A DNA stretch of 64,000 bases from contig NC_067404.1 of assembly GCF_016432865.1 (NCBI RefSeq), positions 7,936,001 through 8,000,000 of the forward strand. The letters are read 5' to 3'. The DNA comes from Antechinus flavipes (taxonomy: Eukaryota). Positions 25,320 to 39,499 of the stretch are shown piece after piece; the first letter of the stretch is position 1, and each line of letters opens with the position of its first letter. The notes beneath the pieces are model-generated. The model saw only the letters and a list, made by a program, of their open reading frames with translations, was not told the DNA's origin and did not search any database. A program made the position numbers and the translations under genes.

Positions 25320-28300
25320 TATTGCCTTCACATTTGCTAAATTTATCATCTTGATTAAGTTTTAGTGGATTGGGGGATACTCTAAGTATATTCATCCTAT
25401 GCACCAGAAGTGATCATTTAGTTTCTTTTTCTGTGTGTCTGCTTATTCTCATTATTCATTTTGCTAATATTTTATTTAAAATGTTTATACCATTGTTCAT
25501 TTGGGATATCACTCTGTCACGATTTTATGTTGCAGTTTGCCTGCTTCTCTATATTCAGTATACTTATTCCTCCTATAGCAAGACTATCCCATGGCATTAA
25601 TGTCCCACAGTTTGTTGAGTCAGTGCCCATTTGAGCGATCCATTTACTTCCCAGTTCTTCGATAGAACAAAAATTGTTGCTATACGTATTTGGCAGTATG
25701 TGAAGACGTTCTTTTTGTCCGTGACCTCTTTGGGATAGAAGCCTAGTCATGGACTTTCCAAATCCAAGGATATGGACATTTTAGTCCCTTTGTTTGCATC
25801 ATTCCAAATTGTTTTCCATCGGTAAGCACTTATTAAAGCACCTGTCCCATGCCAAGCACTTTGCTAAGCTCTAAGGATACCAAGACAAAGATAAAATTAT
25901 CCCTGGCCTCAAGGAGCTCATCTTCCTCTGGGAAGGGAATAGAACATTTGCCCAGAATGCATTCCAGGCATAGGTAACAGCTTTTGTAAAAAGGTGTAGA
26001 TTAGGAGAGAATATCTTTTAAAATTTTTATTTGTTATTTGTGTTTATTATGAGGTTTTTGTTATACATTATAAATTTCTAGTTAATAATGTATCATAACA
26101 AAACCTCATAATATATAATAATTATATATAATAATATTATTATATAATTATTGATTTTTAATTGGCTAATATATGACTTCTTTTTTTCCCCTTGTCCTAC
26201 CAAAATTTTCCAGCCCAGTCATGCCCTTCATTGCCCAGTCCAAAAAGTGATCTTGATGTGCACTCTCTCAGGACGGGGGGAAATGTGTTTCATTTGTCTT
26301 CTGAATTCTGCTTGGTCATTCCATAGTTAAGCACTCGGCACAATATCTTACCATTTTCATTTGTTCGCCTATTCTCCAATTTATATGGGTACCCCCTCAG
26401 ATTCCTTTATCTGCCACCTCAAAAAGAGCTACAGATATTTTTGTTTATCCTTAGGGTTTATTTTATTTCTGACTTAGGACTTGTTTAGGACTCCCTGAGT
26501 CTTACCTACCTCTAAATCATCCTCTTTACTTCTTTTTCCTTTCCTTTCTATTTCCCAGTTGAGTGAAATGTATTTCTGTACCCAACTGTGTGTGTGTGTG
26601 TATGTATTCCATCTTTGACAAGTTTAAATGAGAACAATGTTCAAGTGTCAGGCACCCCCCAACTTCCTCTTCCTTGTTTGTATAGATATCTATTTGTATA
26701 CCCTGATTATATAAAAATGATTGTTCCTAAACTCCCTTTCTCTTCCCCCCCCCCCCCCCCCCCCGCCCAAAAGAGTATATTCCTGTTTTCCTCACAGTTA
26801 TTATCAAAGCATAACAGAACCACACCTGGACCTGGTCTCATTGAGTTCCTTCTCTGGACCCTAATCATGACAGGATTCTAGGAAATCCCAAACGGATCAT
26901 CTCATACTTGAATGTAAGCAGCTCAATCCTTGTTTGGCCCTTTAGCATTATTCATTCATATGAATATTCTTTATTTTCTTCTTTTGAGTTCTGTGTTTAG
27001 ATTTTAAAGTTTCTCCTCTTTTCTGGTCTTTTTATCAAGAATGCTTAGAAGTTCTCTGCTTCATTAAAGATCCATTCCACCCTACCCTACGCCCCTTTGC
27101 CAGAGCATTACATTTAGTTTGATTGAGTAAATGATCCTTGGCTGTAAGCCCCTATTCTTGGCTTTTTGGAATAGCATATTCCAAGTTCGCGGCTCCTTTA
27201 GAGTAATGACTACTAAATTGTGGCTGATCCTAACTGTGGCTGTTTAGTACATGGACTCATTCTTTCTGGCTGCTTGCTGTAATTTTTTTCTTTGACCTGG
27301 AAGCTCCAGCTTTTGGCTATATTGTTCCTTTGGGTTTTATTTTGGGGTTTCTTTCAGGAGCTGACTGGTGGATTCTTTTTTCATTTCATCTTCTGGTTCT
27401 AAGAGATCTTAGCAGTTTTCATTTGTATTTTCTTGACATATTTTTCTTTTTTAAAAAATTTAACTTTATTTAACATTTTCTCCAGTTACAATTTTTTTTT
27501 TTAAATTTGCTGAGGCATTTGGGGTTAAGTGACCTGCCCAGGGTCTAGGAAGTGTTAAGTGTCTGAGACTAGATTTGAACTCAGGTCCTCCTGACTTCAA
27601 GGCTGGTGCTCTATCCACTGTACTATCTAGCTGCCCCAGTTACAATTTTTAAAAAGATTTTTGTTTTTACAATTTTTGAGTTCTAAGTTCTCTCCCTTAT
27701 CCTCATCCACAATTAAGAAACCCACATGTGAGGTTATGGAAAACATTTTCACACAAGTCAAGTTGGGAAAGAAAACATAGATCTCCCACCCTAATGATAA
27801 TAAAAATTTTCAAGAAAAATTAATTTAGAGGGAGAGGGAAAATGCTTCAATCTGTAGTCAGCCTCAAATCAGTTCCTTCTCTGCGTATGGATCAGATTTT
27901 TCATCATAGATCCTTCAAAATAGTTTTGGGTGTCAGTCTATTTTTCAAGTCAGCTATTTTGTTATGATACCTTATACTTTCTTCTTCTTTTTTTTTTTTT
28001 TTTTTCTGGTTTTTGCTTTTGTTTTCATTGTTCTTGTTGCCTCATAGTGTCATTGTTGCCTGGGCAAGTTTTATACTTAGGTCAAAAGCTCTTAATTCTC
28101 CCATAGCTCTTGGTTTTTTCCCCCACTTTTTCCTGTAGGGCTGACATTTCATTTATAAAATTTTTTTAAAATTCTTTTCTTTTAAACTCTTGCTTCATCT
28201 CTTACAGGAGTAGTTGAGTTTGTACCAAAGCTGGGTTTTTTCTGGGCCTTGTAGATGTTTGGAAGCCCTTTAAGCTCTCTTGCCACCATAATATCTGTTA

Positions 28301-29000
28301 AGGTGGGCTTCTTTTTATTTTCCATTTCTGCAGCCTACTCTCTGGCTTCAGACTTGTTGTTAGGGGCTGAGCACTTCTGGAGGGAAGATCTAGGCTGGTC
28401 CTCTTGCTGCCCTTTTGGGCTATTGAGTCAGGATTTCAGGCCCAGGTGACTAGGGGCCTGCAGGCTTGCGATGATCCCCAAAAGGTCTGATTCCGGACAA
28501 AGTCTGATTGCTCTCCCCCTGGTCTGAGGCCTGCAAGTTCCTGACCTAGTTCTGACCAATGGGAGACTTCCCGGCAGGCTTAGCAGGTAGAAAGCCCTGT
28601 TGGTTTGGAGTGACAGAATTGTAGGCTTTCCTTTGCTTTAGAATTCCCACTGGTTATTTGTCTGCAGGCTGCATGCTAGAAGGCTGATTCTGAAGCCTGA
28701 GTTACCTCACTGCTGCTGCTGCCTTCTGAATTTCCTCCTTTCTCCATATACTGCTTATAGCCTCCCTTCCCAATGATTCCTCTCTGCAGATTCCTGGATC
28801 TGTGAATCAGACTTGGGTAATGGGGGTCAAAGCTGCCATTTGGCACCTGTCTCTACTGCAGTCCCCTGCTACAGGTCTGAAATTCCCTCCCTCTCTGGGT
28901 GTTGGAGTTCTTTCTCAGGGTGTTCCCGGCCCACTCCTAACCCAAGTGTCTGAAGCCTTCTCTGCCTGTCTCCCTAAGCTGAGCTGGGTTAGATAAGGGA
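25320..29000 (-). mobile_element. Mosaic of old antisense L1 fragments with SINE insertions
   Basis: T-rich tracts matching the reverse complement of marsupial L1 3' and ORF regions. Boundaries are approximate. Confidence 0.55.
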
Positions 29001-31139
29001 CTTACTGTGCCTTTTTTTGTATTTTGCCCATGGTAAGATGTTAAGAAGATAAAATGGGATATAATATCTATAGAGTGCTACATAAATACTAACATAATAG
29101 AAGAAAGCATGTGATGGAGTTAGAGTTGAAAACTAGGTTGGAAGCTTTAAGAAAATTTGAAGGAGGTAAGATGAAGTAAGTCTCCATATGATAAATGGAG
29201 CTTCACTTGTGAAAGGTAGAGATGGAAAGTACATTCTGGGCATAGCGTTCCAAAGAATGCACAAAGGTGAGAAATGTTGATTGAATTCAAAGAACTTCTA
29301 GCCATCCAATTTGGGGAGAAAATAATGAACAGAAGTGGGGAGGAAGCAATATGAAATGAAACTAGGAAGGTGCTTTAAAAAACAAGAACAACATGAAATG
29401 TATTACAACAGAATAAAAGAAAAAATCATAGTGGCAACTGGAGAGGGATAAAGACCTTCCTGATCTAGACCTAACTTGCAAACACAGCCCTCCTTGCACA
29501 CAGGATTGTTGACACGGAATCACTATGTGGTTTCAGAGTAAATTAAATAGGAATTGATATAATTCCTCCTTGGCTTTTATATTTTTAAAGTTAAGATTTA
29601 GGGAAACTGCACAGCCTCTACATTTCCAATGTAGCATTTTAAGAAATTACATTAAAGAGAATAAAATTAATAAAGACACGCAAACATTTCTCATCTTTTG
29701 TCAGAGAAGTGATGATCTAGAGCCCAGCTTCTTAAACTGTGCGTTTTCTTCCTAAACTGATTCATTGTCATTTTATTTTAAAACTCACAAGAGGTACAGA
29801 AGAAGAGGCTTGCAAGGCCTAAATTCTAACTTCCCAGCTCAATGAGCTCTGCTTAGATCTTAGCATTTGGTCCCTCCTGTCCCCCAGAGACCTTGTGTGG
29901 CCTGATGTGCCCAGCACACACTTGGGTACCTGGCTTGCCAGGTTTTCCCAGGGTAGCCTCACCTTTTGTAGCTCTTTCCCTGGAGCCTACTGCCTGTCCA
30001 GCTTCACGTCTTTAGGGCAGTCTCTGTTCTGTACAACCCTTGTTCTAGTTTTCAGGCAACCTGGTGTCTTAGAAGCAGATGCTGTTGAAGCCTAAGAGGC
30101 AGATTAGAAAGCTGGGCCCTTTGCCTTTGCTTCTCAAGCCTCCTCTATTCAAAAATGAGAATTTAATTCTTGGCACACATGTTCCTCAACAGCCTTAGGA
30201 TACCAAAATATTTGGGGTAGCAAAGAATTGAAAACAGACTCGGTGCCCATCAGTTGCAGAATGGTTGAACAGATTGTCCGAGAAATTTGGGGACACTTGT
30301 ATAAGTGAGTGGAAGCAAGGAAATAATATATGCAGTGACTCCAGTGATGTGCTTCCTGAAAAGAACACTAGAATTTGGTGGATGGCTACGTCATCCTAGT
30401 GACTCGTCTTGGGCCCGAGGAGACGTGAGGAAATGCACCACCTTCCTTTCCTTGGAGAGGTGGCTTGACTATGGGCGGAAAGGAAGTAGGGCAAGTTTCC
30501 TCTGAAAACGCTCTGATTTGTCAGTGGTTTTCCTCTCCCTGCTGGATCGAACTTAGTTCATTGGATTCGGTTTCATACAGATTCATGTTCAGTGATTCAG
30601 TTTGTCTAAGGACCTTGTACTTGAAATAATGGCGTGTGTCTTTTGTATACTGCCATGCTGCCTGCTAGTTTCACTCCAAAAGCCAGTGCTAAATTCAAAT
30701 CCCGGGTTGTGGGAAATGACCGTGTTATCGGAGATATAAGGAGGAAGGTCTCTGGCTCCATCTTCTTACTAGCTCTTATTTCTGAAGGACTTGCAGTCTT
30801 TCAAACCTTACAGATAGTCTCATTTGAGCCTCCTTGAGGCCATGTGAAGGAAGTTCCACAGGTATTAGCTTCTTTTACAAAGAAGGAAACTGAGATTCAG
30901 CTGGTAAATGTCTGAGCCCCGGCTCCAGACCCTAGCTGTGCAATGCCCACCAGAGAAGGCAAGAGAAGGGGCTGCCTTTGAGCTGGGAGCCTGAGTCTGA
31001 GAGTGAAAGTCAGGTGCCAGCCTCCCATGGGCAGCAGGGTACCTTGGGAACTGGACTTCACTGACCTGAAACTGGGCCAGAGCCTGTTCATCTTCAGGCT
31101 GCCACTGACATAATCCCACCCAAATGCTGCTTTTGAAAA

Positions 31140-31157
31140 TTCCTGAACAAATCTTAC
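31140..31157 (+). promoter_or_regulatory. BRCC3: U12 branch site (TTCCTGAAC) and AC 3' splice site
   Basis: ttcctgaac aaatcttAC|AGA: a near-consensus TTCCTTAAC ~10 nt upstream of AC, in frame with the previous exon. Confidence 0.88.
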
Positions 31158-31245
31158 AGATTGACTGAGCTGACTGGTCGTCCCATGAGAGTTGTGGGGT
31201 GGTATCATTCTCATCCCCACATAACTGTGTGGCCATCTCATGTTG
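31158..31245 (+). CDS. BRCC3: BRCC3 coding exon 3 (JAMM motif)
   Basis: RLTELTGRPMRVVGWYHSHPHITVWPSHV(D); 88 nt, gtaagt donor. Confidence 0.97.
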
Positions 31246-32562
31246 GTAAGTATCACTTAGCCCAGCGCTCTGCACGTAGTAGGTGCTTAATCAACGTTCA
31301 TTGACTGATTGAAGTAGTGGCTCGTGGCAGCACCAGTTGCCATGGCAAAGCCTCTGCTGATTCATGTTCAGTGACAGATAAAGGAATAGTGACGATGGTT
31401 TTCCTGGAGCTGCGGAAAAGCAATTGGATTTGGATTAAGCCAAAATCTAGCTATCTTGTCCTGGCCAGGGGGCCTTGCAGGGGCAGGGCGGGGGGGGGGG
31501 GGGTAGGAGTAGTGAGAGAGAGGGAGAAGGGGGGATGAGAGAGAGAGATTAAGGGGGAATTAAGAAAGAGGGAAGAGGGAGGGTGAGCCAGGGGGAAAGA
31601 TTGAGAAATGGCCTCCTGAGCCCCAAGCTGGCCTACCCAAGGGACTGCTCTGCAGGGGGCATCTGAGCTTTGCCTGCTTTTGTATTTGCAACACAGAACA
31701 CCCCAAAATGACCCTCCAGTTTTTATTTTTACTTAGAGTTGGGGTTTCAGCAGCCAGAGCTACACCCACTATGGAAACATTTCCTAGCCCCTGGTGGAGT
31801 ATCTACCCAAAGACCAGCTCTCCATCAGAGGTTCATGGAAGGTTCCTTAGAGACCATAGCGTCCAGGGAAGCTTAATGGGTCACATGGTAGTGGCAGATT
31901 TGAACCTGGGCCTTTTGTCACCAGAACCAGTGGTTTTGGAGGTATTGGTACATACTGGTCACTTAGGGCGAAAGTCTGTGCAGCGGCCTTTCTTTGAGGA
32001 AGAAGGGAAATCACTTCTCTCTTAGACAAAATGACTTAGAACTACAGGCCTTAGGGATGGATAGATTGGGGAGGGGGAATGGAGGGAAGGGAAGAGACAA
32101 AGCCACAGAAAAGTTGGGGGTAAAGGGAAGAGAGGAGGGAGAAGAGAGACAAGAGACAGACAGGAAAAATGGAGGATGAGGGGGGAGATGGGGGTAAGAG
32201 AGAGAGAGGGAGATGGGGGGTGAGAGAGAGAGGGAGACACACACAGAGTGAGAACCCTTTTTTAAACTAAAATCTGCCTACCTTTAAATAGCAGTTTCTG
32301 AATTATTTGGGATTTTCATTCATTCTTTTTTTAAAGTACTGATTTATATTTAGGTTACTTGGAAGGACAGAGGATAAAGTTTCCTCATTGCATTTTGGCA
32401 ATATTTTAAGTAATCCAAATGTAAAAAGATTTTGTGAGAACCTTCAGTTGAGCATCTACCGTAGCCTGGCAGCACTGTTTCCTCTTACGGAGCCTCTCCG
32501 ATGACTTTCTGAGGGATCGTGGCCGGACAGTGACGGCTTACCTGTGTGTCTGATGTTTGTAG

Positions 32563-32651
32563 ATATTCGCACCCAGGCCATGTATCAGATGATGGATGAG
32601 AGCTTTGTGGGACTTATCTTCTCCTGCTTCATTGAGGACAAAAACACCAAG
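32563..32651 (+). CDS. BRCC3: BRCC3 coding exon 4
   Basis: (D)IRTQAMYQMMDESFVGLIFSCFIEDKNTK; 89 nt. Confidence 0.97.
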
Positions 32652-33384
32652 GTATGTAGTGGATACAAACGGAGGAAAAAATCCCCAGCAGAGTTAGAAG
32701 GAGGAGAAGGGAGGAATGGTCCAGATTTCTCCTCCCGCTCCCAGGACCCTGGGCACCCTGCTGTGTGCAGGTCACAAAGCTGGCCATAATGTGACATGTC
32801 AACATCCCACCCAAAGGCTCAGGCATCCTCCATCTAGACCATAAGGCCCCCGTGTCCAACCTTGGACCCCGAGGAAGTTATCTCGGCGGGAGCCAGGGTA
32901 CCCCGGATTTGAAGTCAAGTCCTTTGGCTCTAGATTTCCTGATTTCTACTCTGCTGTACTGGGTCCCGTGACATTTGGTGTGTTTTAGTTCTGAGCGTCT
33001 TCATTATTTCCTTGCTGCCTATTTTCCTTCTTCCTCTCCTCACCCTCTCTTTCCACAGGCTTTGTTTCTACTTGGGTCTGGATTTCAGAAGGCAGTGTGG
33101 TGTGGTGGGTGGAGACCCTGGCTCAGTGACTCCCTTGTGTGTGTCACTTGTCCATAAAAATGAAGGCTTGGACCCCATGGCCTCTGAGGGCCTTTGTTGG
33201 CTGTAGGTGACGGGAGGTAGATCGCTGGCTCAGTGCCCTCCAGCTTCCCCTTCCCCTGCCAGCTCAGACGCCGTGACGTCTTACTGATCTCCTTGGGGTT
33301 CTCAGGGCTTATAGGCTAGGTGACGTTGGGGTAGCTTTTCCCCTGCTTGTTTTGATACCACTTTGTCCATATTGATTTCTGCAG

Positions 33385-33440
33385 ACTGGCCGCGTGCTCT
33401 ACACTTGCTTTCAGTCCGTTCAGACTCAGAAGGGCTCCGA
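33385..33440 (+). CDS. BRCC3: BRCC3 coding exon 5
   Basis: TGRVLYTCFQSVQTQKGS(E); 56 nt, gtaagt donor. Confidence 0.97.
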
Positions 33441-36400
33441 GTAAGTATCACAGCTGTGTGTGTGCGCGTGTGTGTGTATGTATCGTGTATCTGTATAATA
33501 TGTATGCGTGGGGGGCTGGGGGTGGTTTCTATTCTATTGTTTCCTCAAATTTTATAGGATTTTCACACAGGTATAAATCAACCTAAGCATCTCAAGGAAT
33601 GCTTTACACTGCCTTTCTCCATAAGCATCCCTTTGAGGCATGAATTAATCTGCAGATTGGAGGCACAGGGAAGCTTGGGGTCCCATCATCAGCCCGAGAA
33701 TAGAACTTTGGATTTCTCATTCTTAACTTTTAACATTTAACTCGAGAGGCATTTTGGCGGCGTGGCTAAGAACAGACTTTGGAGTCTGAGATCTGTGTAG
33801 CAACAGGGGTGTATGGATCATGTGACCCTAGACTGCACGTGAACCTGATTTTTATAGCTCATTTGCTAACAGGTATCAGGGGAGGAACTTTCTACTCGGA
33901 GAGTTTCCTCTACCAATGGGATCACAAGTCCAAGCCCCAAATCTTCCCATAATATTAACCTTGTTCTTTCCCTTAATTACTTCAGCCTTTCTGGCTCCTG
34001 GTCCAGCTGCGGTATAAACTTGATTTCAGAATCCTAGTATTAAAACCCCAATTTCTTTCAGAGTCACTTATATATGAATAGACACTTGCTATTGAGAATG
34101 CCCTGCCTTCACATGATTGCTGGGTGAACCAGTCTATCAGTGAGTGCCTCTCTTTTCAGAAACTCCCATTTCTTTATACATCTTTAGAATAGGGGACAGA
34201 GTCTCCTTTGTCATTTGGCAAGATTGCTACAAAGGCCCGACTATTTGTTGGCTCTGTCGGTCAGAGAGTACCTGAGTGGCTTACAACTATAGATCTTAAG
34301 GGCTGGATAAATGGGGGGGATGAAAGAGGGGAAAGAAAGACAAAGAGGAGTGAGAGACTGAAAGGGGGAGAGATTGGGGGGGGGGAAGAAAGAGAGGAGG
34401 GGAGGAAGAGAGACAGAGAAGGAGAAGGGAGACAGATTGAAAGAAGGTGGGGAGAGAGATGGGAAGAGGGAGAGAAAGAAAGAAAGGAGCAAGGGGAGAG
34501 GAAGAGACACCAGTGGGGAGGAAAGCCAGAGACACACAGAGAGAGACAGACAGAGGAGAGAGAGATGGCCAGTGGGTGAGAGAGAGGAGATAGAAAGACA
34601 CAGAGAATGAGAACCTTTTCTTTGCTGCTTGGGAAATACCAAGTTACTGTGGTTTTAAAAGCTAAACTTTAAGTTTCTAGATAGTAAGAGTGTCAGATGT
34701 ACCATTTCGGAGCAGTATCTGAGTAAGCGACATAACCTGCCTGTGCGGCCGGGCCTTTTTCATTTGTGCTTCCTTGTGAAGATTTTTTTTTTAAGCTTCC
34801 TCTCATTAATAGTCCAGCCAGCCTTAACATGTGTGGATTCTTTCGTCACTGCTGGTGGCCTTAGTACAGGAACAAACAAGGAGGGCCTTCAGTGTGCTGT
34901 TCAGCTCCTCTCTGGGGAACTCTGGGTAAAATCTGGCTAAGGAGCCTTCCTTCACCTTGAGCTCAGAAAGCCTGGAGGAAACATTGGCACTGGTGAAATC
35001 TGGAAAGGACCAGCTTTTTAAAGCATTTTTAGACTTCCTCATTTTCTCTGGTCCTATGCTTAGTTTGGTAGATATTAGGTGCCTACTGTGTGCTGAGCAG
35101 ACAGCGTAACTACTTAATAGACGCCCACAGCTTGGGCAGCAAAAGTCCTGGGCGCTCAGCCTGCTCCTGCCACTAGAGGCCACACGTCACTAGGCTTGCA
35201 CTGTGGAGGAAGTTAGTGAGGTTTTTGAGGAATCTGGTGAGTCCCAAGCACTGCTCAGTGGGGAAAAGTCAAAGGGAGATAACCCACAGGCCTCTAGGAG
35301 CTTATAGTCTGGGAAGAGAACTGGACCCACACAAATAATAGTCATGCAAAAGAAGGAAGCCTAATCACAGTGGGAGGGGAGGTTCAGGGGCAGCTTTTTT
35401 AGTCGATCACATAATCTTTGTTTTAGGGACAAGTCTGCCAAAACCAATTTTTTTTTTTAAATTTAGCATTATTCTAAATTCAGGTATTTCTAGCTCAGAG
35501 AGAGAAACATCTAAAGTTGTTTATGGTCTGTTCCTTGTCTCCCAACATGTCCTCTCACATGTCTCTGCCCAAATGATTTGAGGTAACATTTGTAGGAACC
35601 TTAAAGAAGGAAAGTACCATACTATGTTCCAGTACAGTTTGAGGTAAATATTCAGAATTAGCCTCTTCATCTTCACTCCTCTGTTCCTTCCCTGGCCAGC
35701 CTTCAAATGTCCTTGTCCCTAGATGGGTCACAGGGCAGGAGAAAGAAAAGGCTCAAAACAGGCCACAGGTCGGTCGAGCGACCACTCTTAATCCATTCAG
35801 AAGAGGACAAGGAAAGGTTAAGGTTGGAGAACAGATCATGTCCTAATATTTCCGGGAGGTTTTAAATAGGCCTCCCCAGTGAGCAGCAAAGTTGAGCTTT
35901 GGGGAGAAAGCACAACGCCATAGACCTGGGAATACTCTGAGCGGTTAGTGTGGCAGTTTCCTGTGCTCTCCCATGCCTGCTTGGGTTGAATTTCTTTGGT
36001 GTATCCCAGCTCAAGGGGGAATCCCGAGTCGGTCGCAAGCTGTTTATTAAGCACCTGCTGTGTGCCAGGCACCGCCAAGCTGCCCATTGAAAGCCCAAAC
36101 CCAGTGTCTGCACTCCAGAAGATGAACGTTTTTTGTGTCTGAATAGCTAGCGTATACAAGCTGTGGGCAGAATCAATGGGAAATACTCAGCATTCAGGGA
36201 GATTAGGCAGGACTTCCTGTAGAAGGTGGGACTTTTAGCTGAGTCCCAAAGGAAGCCCCGAGGCGGAGATGAGGAGGGGAGCATTCAAGGCACGGAGTTC
36301 AGGCTGCAGTTGGAAGATAGACTTTCTTGTCCGAGGAACAAGGAGGCCGGTGGCACAGGCTTGTGGGAAGGTAGGAAGGGGCCACCCTAGGAAAGCCTTG

Positions 36401-37989
36401 GCTGGAATCCCATAGAATTTGGTACTTAATTCCTGGAAGAATTTTTAGAAGCGGGGGAACGATGACTGTTGAATGGTGTGTTTTTAGGCAGATCACCGGC
36501 CCGGCAGGGAGGGATGGGCTGCAATGAGGACAGGTAATAGTGGGATGGAAGGGCGGGGGTGGGTGGGGATGATGATGAGCCCAGTCTTATCTGTGGTTAG
36601 AGATATATGCTGGAAAAATGAAATCCGCAGAGACAGTGGGGCAGAAGAGAAGCCTTACTTATAGATATGGTTATTCTATCCATGGGGGCTGATGGGAGTG
36701 AAATAGGAGCAAGGGAGTGAGGTCTGAGGACCACCAACCTAGAATAGAGGAGGTGATCTGGGAGCAGGCCATCTACCCAGATTTGAGGAAGACTGGAGAA
36801 CTGGAGGCAGAACCGGCTAAGGAGCCCAGGTGGAGAGATGTGAGAGGAGCATCAGGGGAAAAGGCAGTAGCGGGGGAGAAGAGAGTATGCCAGGAGATCC
36901 AGGACCTTGTAGATGGAGGAAAGGCTGGGGAAGCATTCATTAGCTGTGGTCTCTAATCTTTTCTGGGGGAATCATTTAAGGTGTTTGATAAAATGAGCTT
37001 TTAATCTTAGGAAAGTGTATTGGGCCTTTCAAATGGGAAATGTAAAATGGGAGGCAATTCAGAGCCATTAATATTTCCTGAAGACTTTAATCAGGGTCAA
37101 AGAGCTTGCTTAAGCGGGCAATTAGCAATTAAAAGAGAGGCTCTTGGAATTTTCCTTCTGGCTGTGAATTTGGAGAAGTCTTAGTGCCGCACCACCTCTA
37201 CCCCCCTTTTTTTTGTGGCCGGGGAGGTGTGGCAGGCCAGGCGAGTTAGACATATGAATGGGTTTTTCTCTCTTTGGAAGTCAGCTTGTTGACTGCCTTT
37301 GAGCAATTGTAGGATGAGGAATAAACTACCCGAAAGCCCAGTTCTGGAGATGGCCAGACTAGCCCGGTTTTGTGGTGGTATCACCTAGTCCCGGTCCCCA
37401 CTTAAGGTTTGGTTAAAGCCACACCTGACAATAAGCCCTCAAATTGAGCTAGGTGAAATAAAGTTGGAGAAATCCTTGATTAACTTGAACCTCACATTTT
37501 GGAGTGACCATTAAAGGCCTGGTGGCTTTTGTCAGCTGGTTCGAATAATCCCGGCTGTACCACGCCTGGCCAGGCCCTATTGGGTTCCCCTGCTGGACTT
37601 CATCTCTTTGCTAAGTATCGATGTGAATATGTGGGAGTAGGCCATGTGGCAGGCCTAGTGCCTGACTGGGAGACTTGGGTGGCCCCGGGCCCATCCTACC
37701 CCTGAAGTTTGTCATCCTGTGGATCTCGGGTACTTCGCCCAGCTCTTTCCAGCCAGCTCTCTTCAGACTGCTAAGTTACAGAGCAGTTGCTTATCTGGCT
37801 CAGTGGAGAGAGTTTCCATACTGACTAAATCCTGTGATCTAATGTGACCTCAGACTTCTTTTCTGTCGTGACGCTCTGTGCCCTCCCGACACAAGGAGGT
37901 GATAGAGGCCCTTCACGTAAGTATCAGCAGGCCAGAAGGCTGTTCCTGGATCTCTAGCTGAGACTGCCTCAAATGCTCACCTTTTACAG

Positions 37990-38121
37990 GTATGAGAGAA
38001 TTGATGTCCCTCTGCACGTTTTGCCTCAAGACACCATGGGGAAAGCATCCCTCGAGGCAGCCATTGAATTGCCTAGGATTCTGTGCCAGGAAGAACAAGA
38101 TGCCTACAGAAAAATCCACAG
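37990..38121 (+). CDS. BRCC3: BRCC3 coding exon 6
   Basis: YERIDVPLHVLPQDTMGKASLEAAIELPRILCQEEQDAYRKIH(S); 132 nt. Confidence 0.96.
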
Positions 38122-39455
38122 GTACCGCTGCCGACGTCGCCATCCGTTGGACCCTGGGAATATCTGTAGTGTGGCTCAGCTCCCCTCTTGAGGAGTAGAC
38201 GAGCAGCTCGATGTTCTGTTGACAGTATCTTTGGGTCAGAGGCAGGCATTGTGGTCTTGGGGCTCCATATTAGAAAATGAGATGCAAGGACAGGAAAGGC
38301 TCTATCCCTGCTCACCCCAAATGCAAGGCATCTCGAATCCCTTCTCTCCATCAGATTTCTTCCCTTTATTTGTAAACATCTACGTGCTGCATTCTGGGGA
38401 CCCGTCGCAAGCCGTGAACGTTGCTCTGCGCGCTATCCTCCCTCGAGAGCTACGTGGTCCGGCCAATCTCAGACTCCTGCTTTCTAGTCTGGTCTTGAGT
38501 ATTTGCTGTCCACTTAGGGTAAAGAGAGTTTGGGAGTGGAATGATTGAAGGCTAGCGTTGCCCTCGGTGGCCTCAGGAGCCGAGATTGAGGTTCTCTCCC
38601 GCTCAGGGCGGCTGGCGCGTTCAGCGGGAGGACTGGCCTTGGCCTTTTGTGCCTTGCTCTCTCCCCCAGTCAGTGTGGCCGGAAGCTTAATGGAAGCTTT
38701 GCTCCTAGGAGGCCAGGCAGGAGTAAATGAGAATTCGGATAGCCAGCCCCTGTTATAAGGAGCACACGTTTTCACTGGGGCAGGCCTCACATAGTGAGAT
38801 GTCACTGGAGGGCAGATGGCCAGACCCTGGCATCCTTAGGCTGTCCTGGCGGGCGAGACGAGCATCCAGGACTCCGGAGGGCAGGTGGAAAGACCGAGTC
38901 GGCCTGGAGCCTGTAGTTCCTCTTGTGGGACTGGGGGTGGGATATTCATTAATGGACTCTTGGGCACCCAGACATGTTCCCTCTGCTGATGTCAGACATT
39001 TGTTGTTTGAAACTTAACAGCAAGGAATTGTCATGCAGATCCTAGTCCTGACCCCATAGGATTCAGTAGATGATGATGTCTTCCCAGGGAGCCGGGCCTG
39101 CAAGTTCTCCACTGTCTGACCTCATTAGGAGTTTGTCCTGCTTAGTGAAGCTGGCCCCAGAACGCCCTGGGATCTTTCCTCTAGGCCCCTCCCAGTTACC
39201 ACTCCTTGGTGAGCCCAGGGGCACTTTCAGCACGAGTGTGATGCCGTGCCCCAGATTGGTAGTGGCGATCGTTCTCGCCGTTTGTTTTTAAACATCGAGG
39301 TACTTTGTCTCACTAGCCGTGGGACTTCTTGGCAAGCCATTTCACCTTTGCCTTAGTTTACTCATTTGTCAATGGGGATAGTAATAGCAGCTGCCTCCTA
39401 GAGTTATTGGGAAGCGCTAGGGAGCTCTGCTAACCTGAACTCTGCTTTCCTTCAG

Positions 39456-39499
39456 CCTTACCCACCTGGATGCTGTGACAAAGATCCACAATGGCTCAG
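39456..39499 (+). CDS. BRCC3: BRCC3 coding exon 7
   Basis: (S)LTHLDAVTKIHNGS; 44 nt with ttcag/gtaagg borders. Confidence 0.96.

Noticed and set aside
29710-29761. Box C (GTGATGA) and box D (CTGA) pair
   Set aside because: Only ~50 nt apart with no terminal stem. The similar pair at ~39066-39120 fails for the same reasons.
31156-31160. AG acceptor (ttacag|a) for the BRCC3 JAMM exon
   Set aside because: It shifts the frame and no matching GT donor ends the previous exon; the AT-AC pairing fits exactly.
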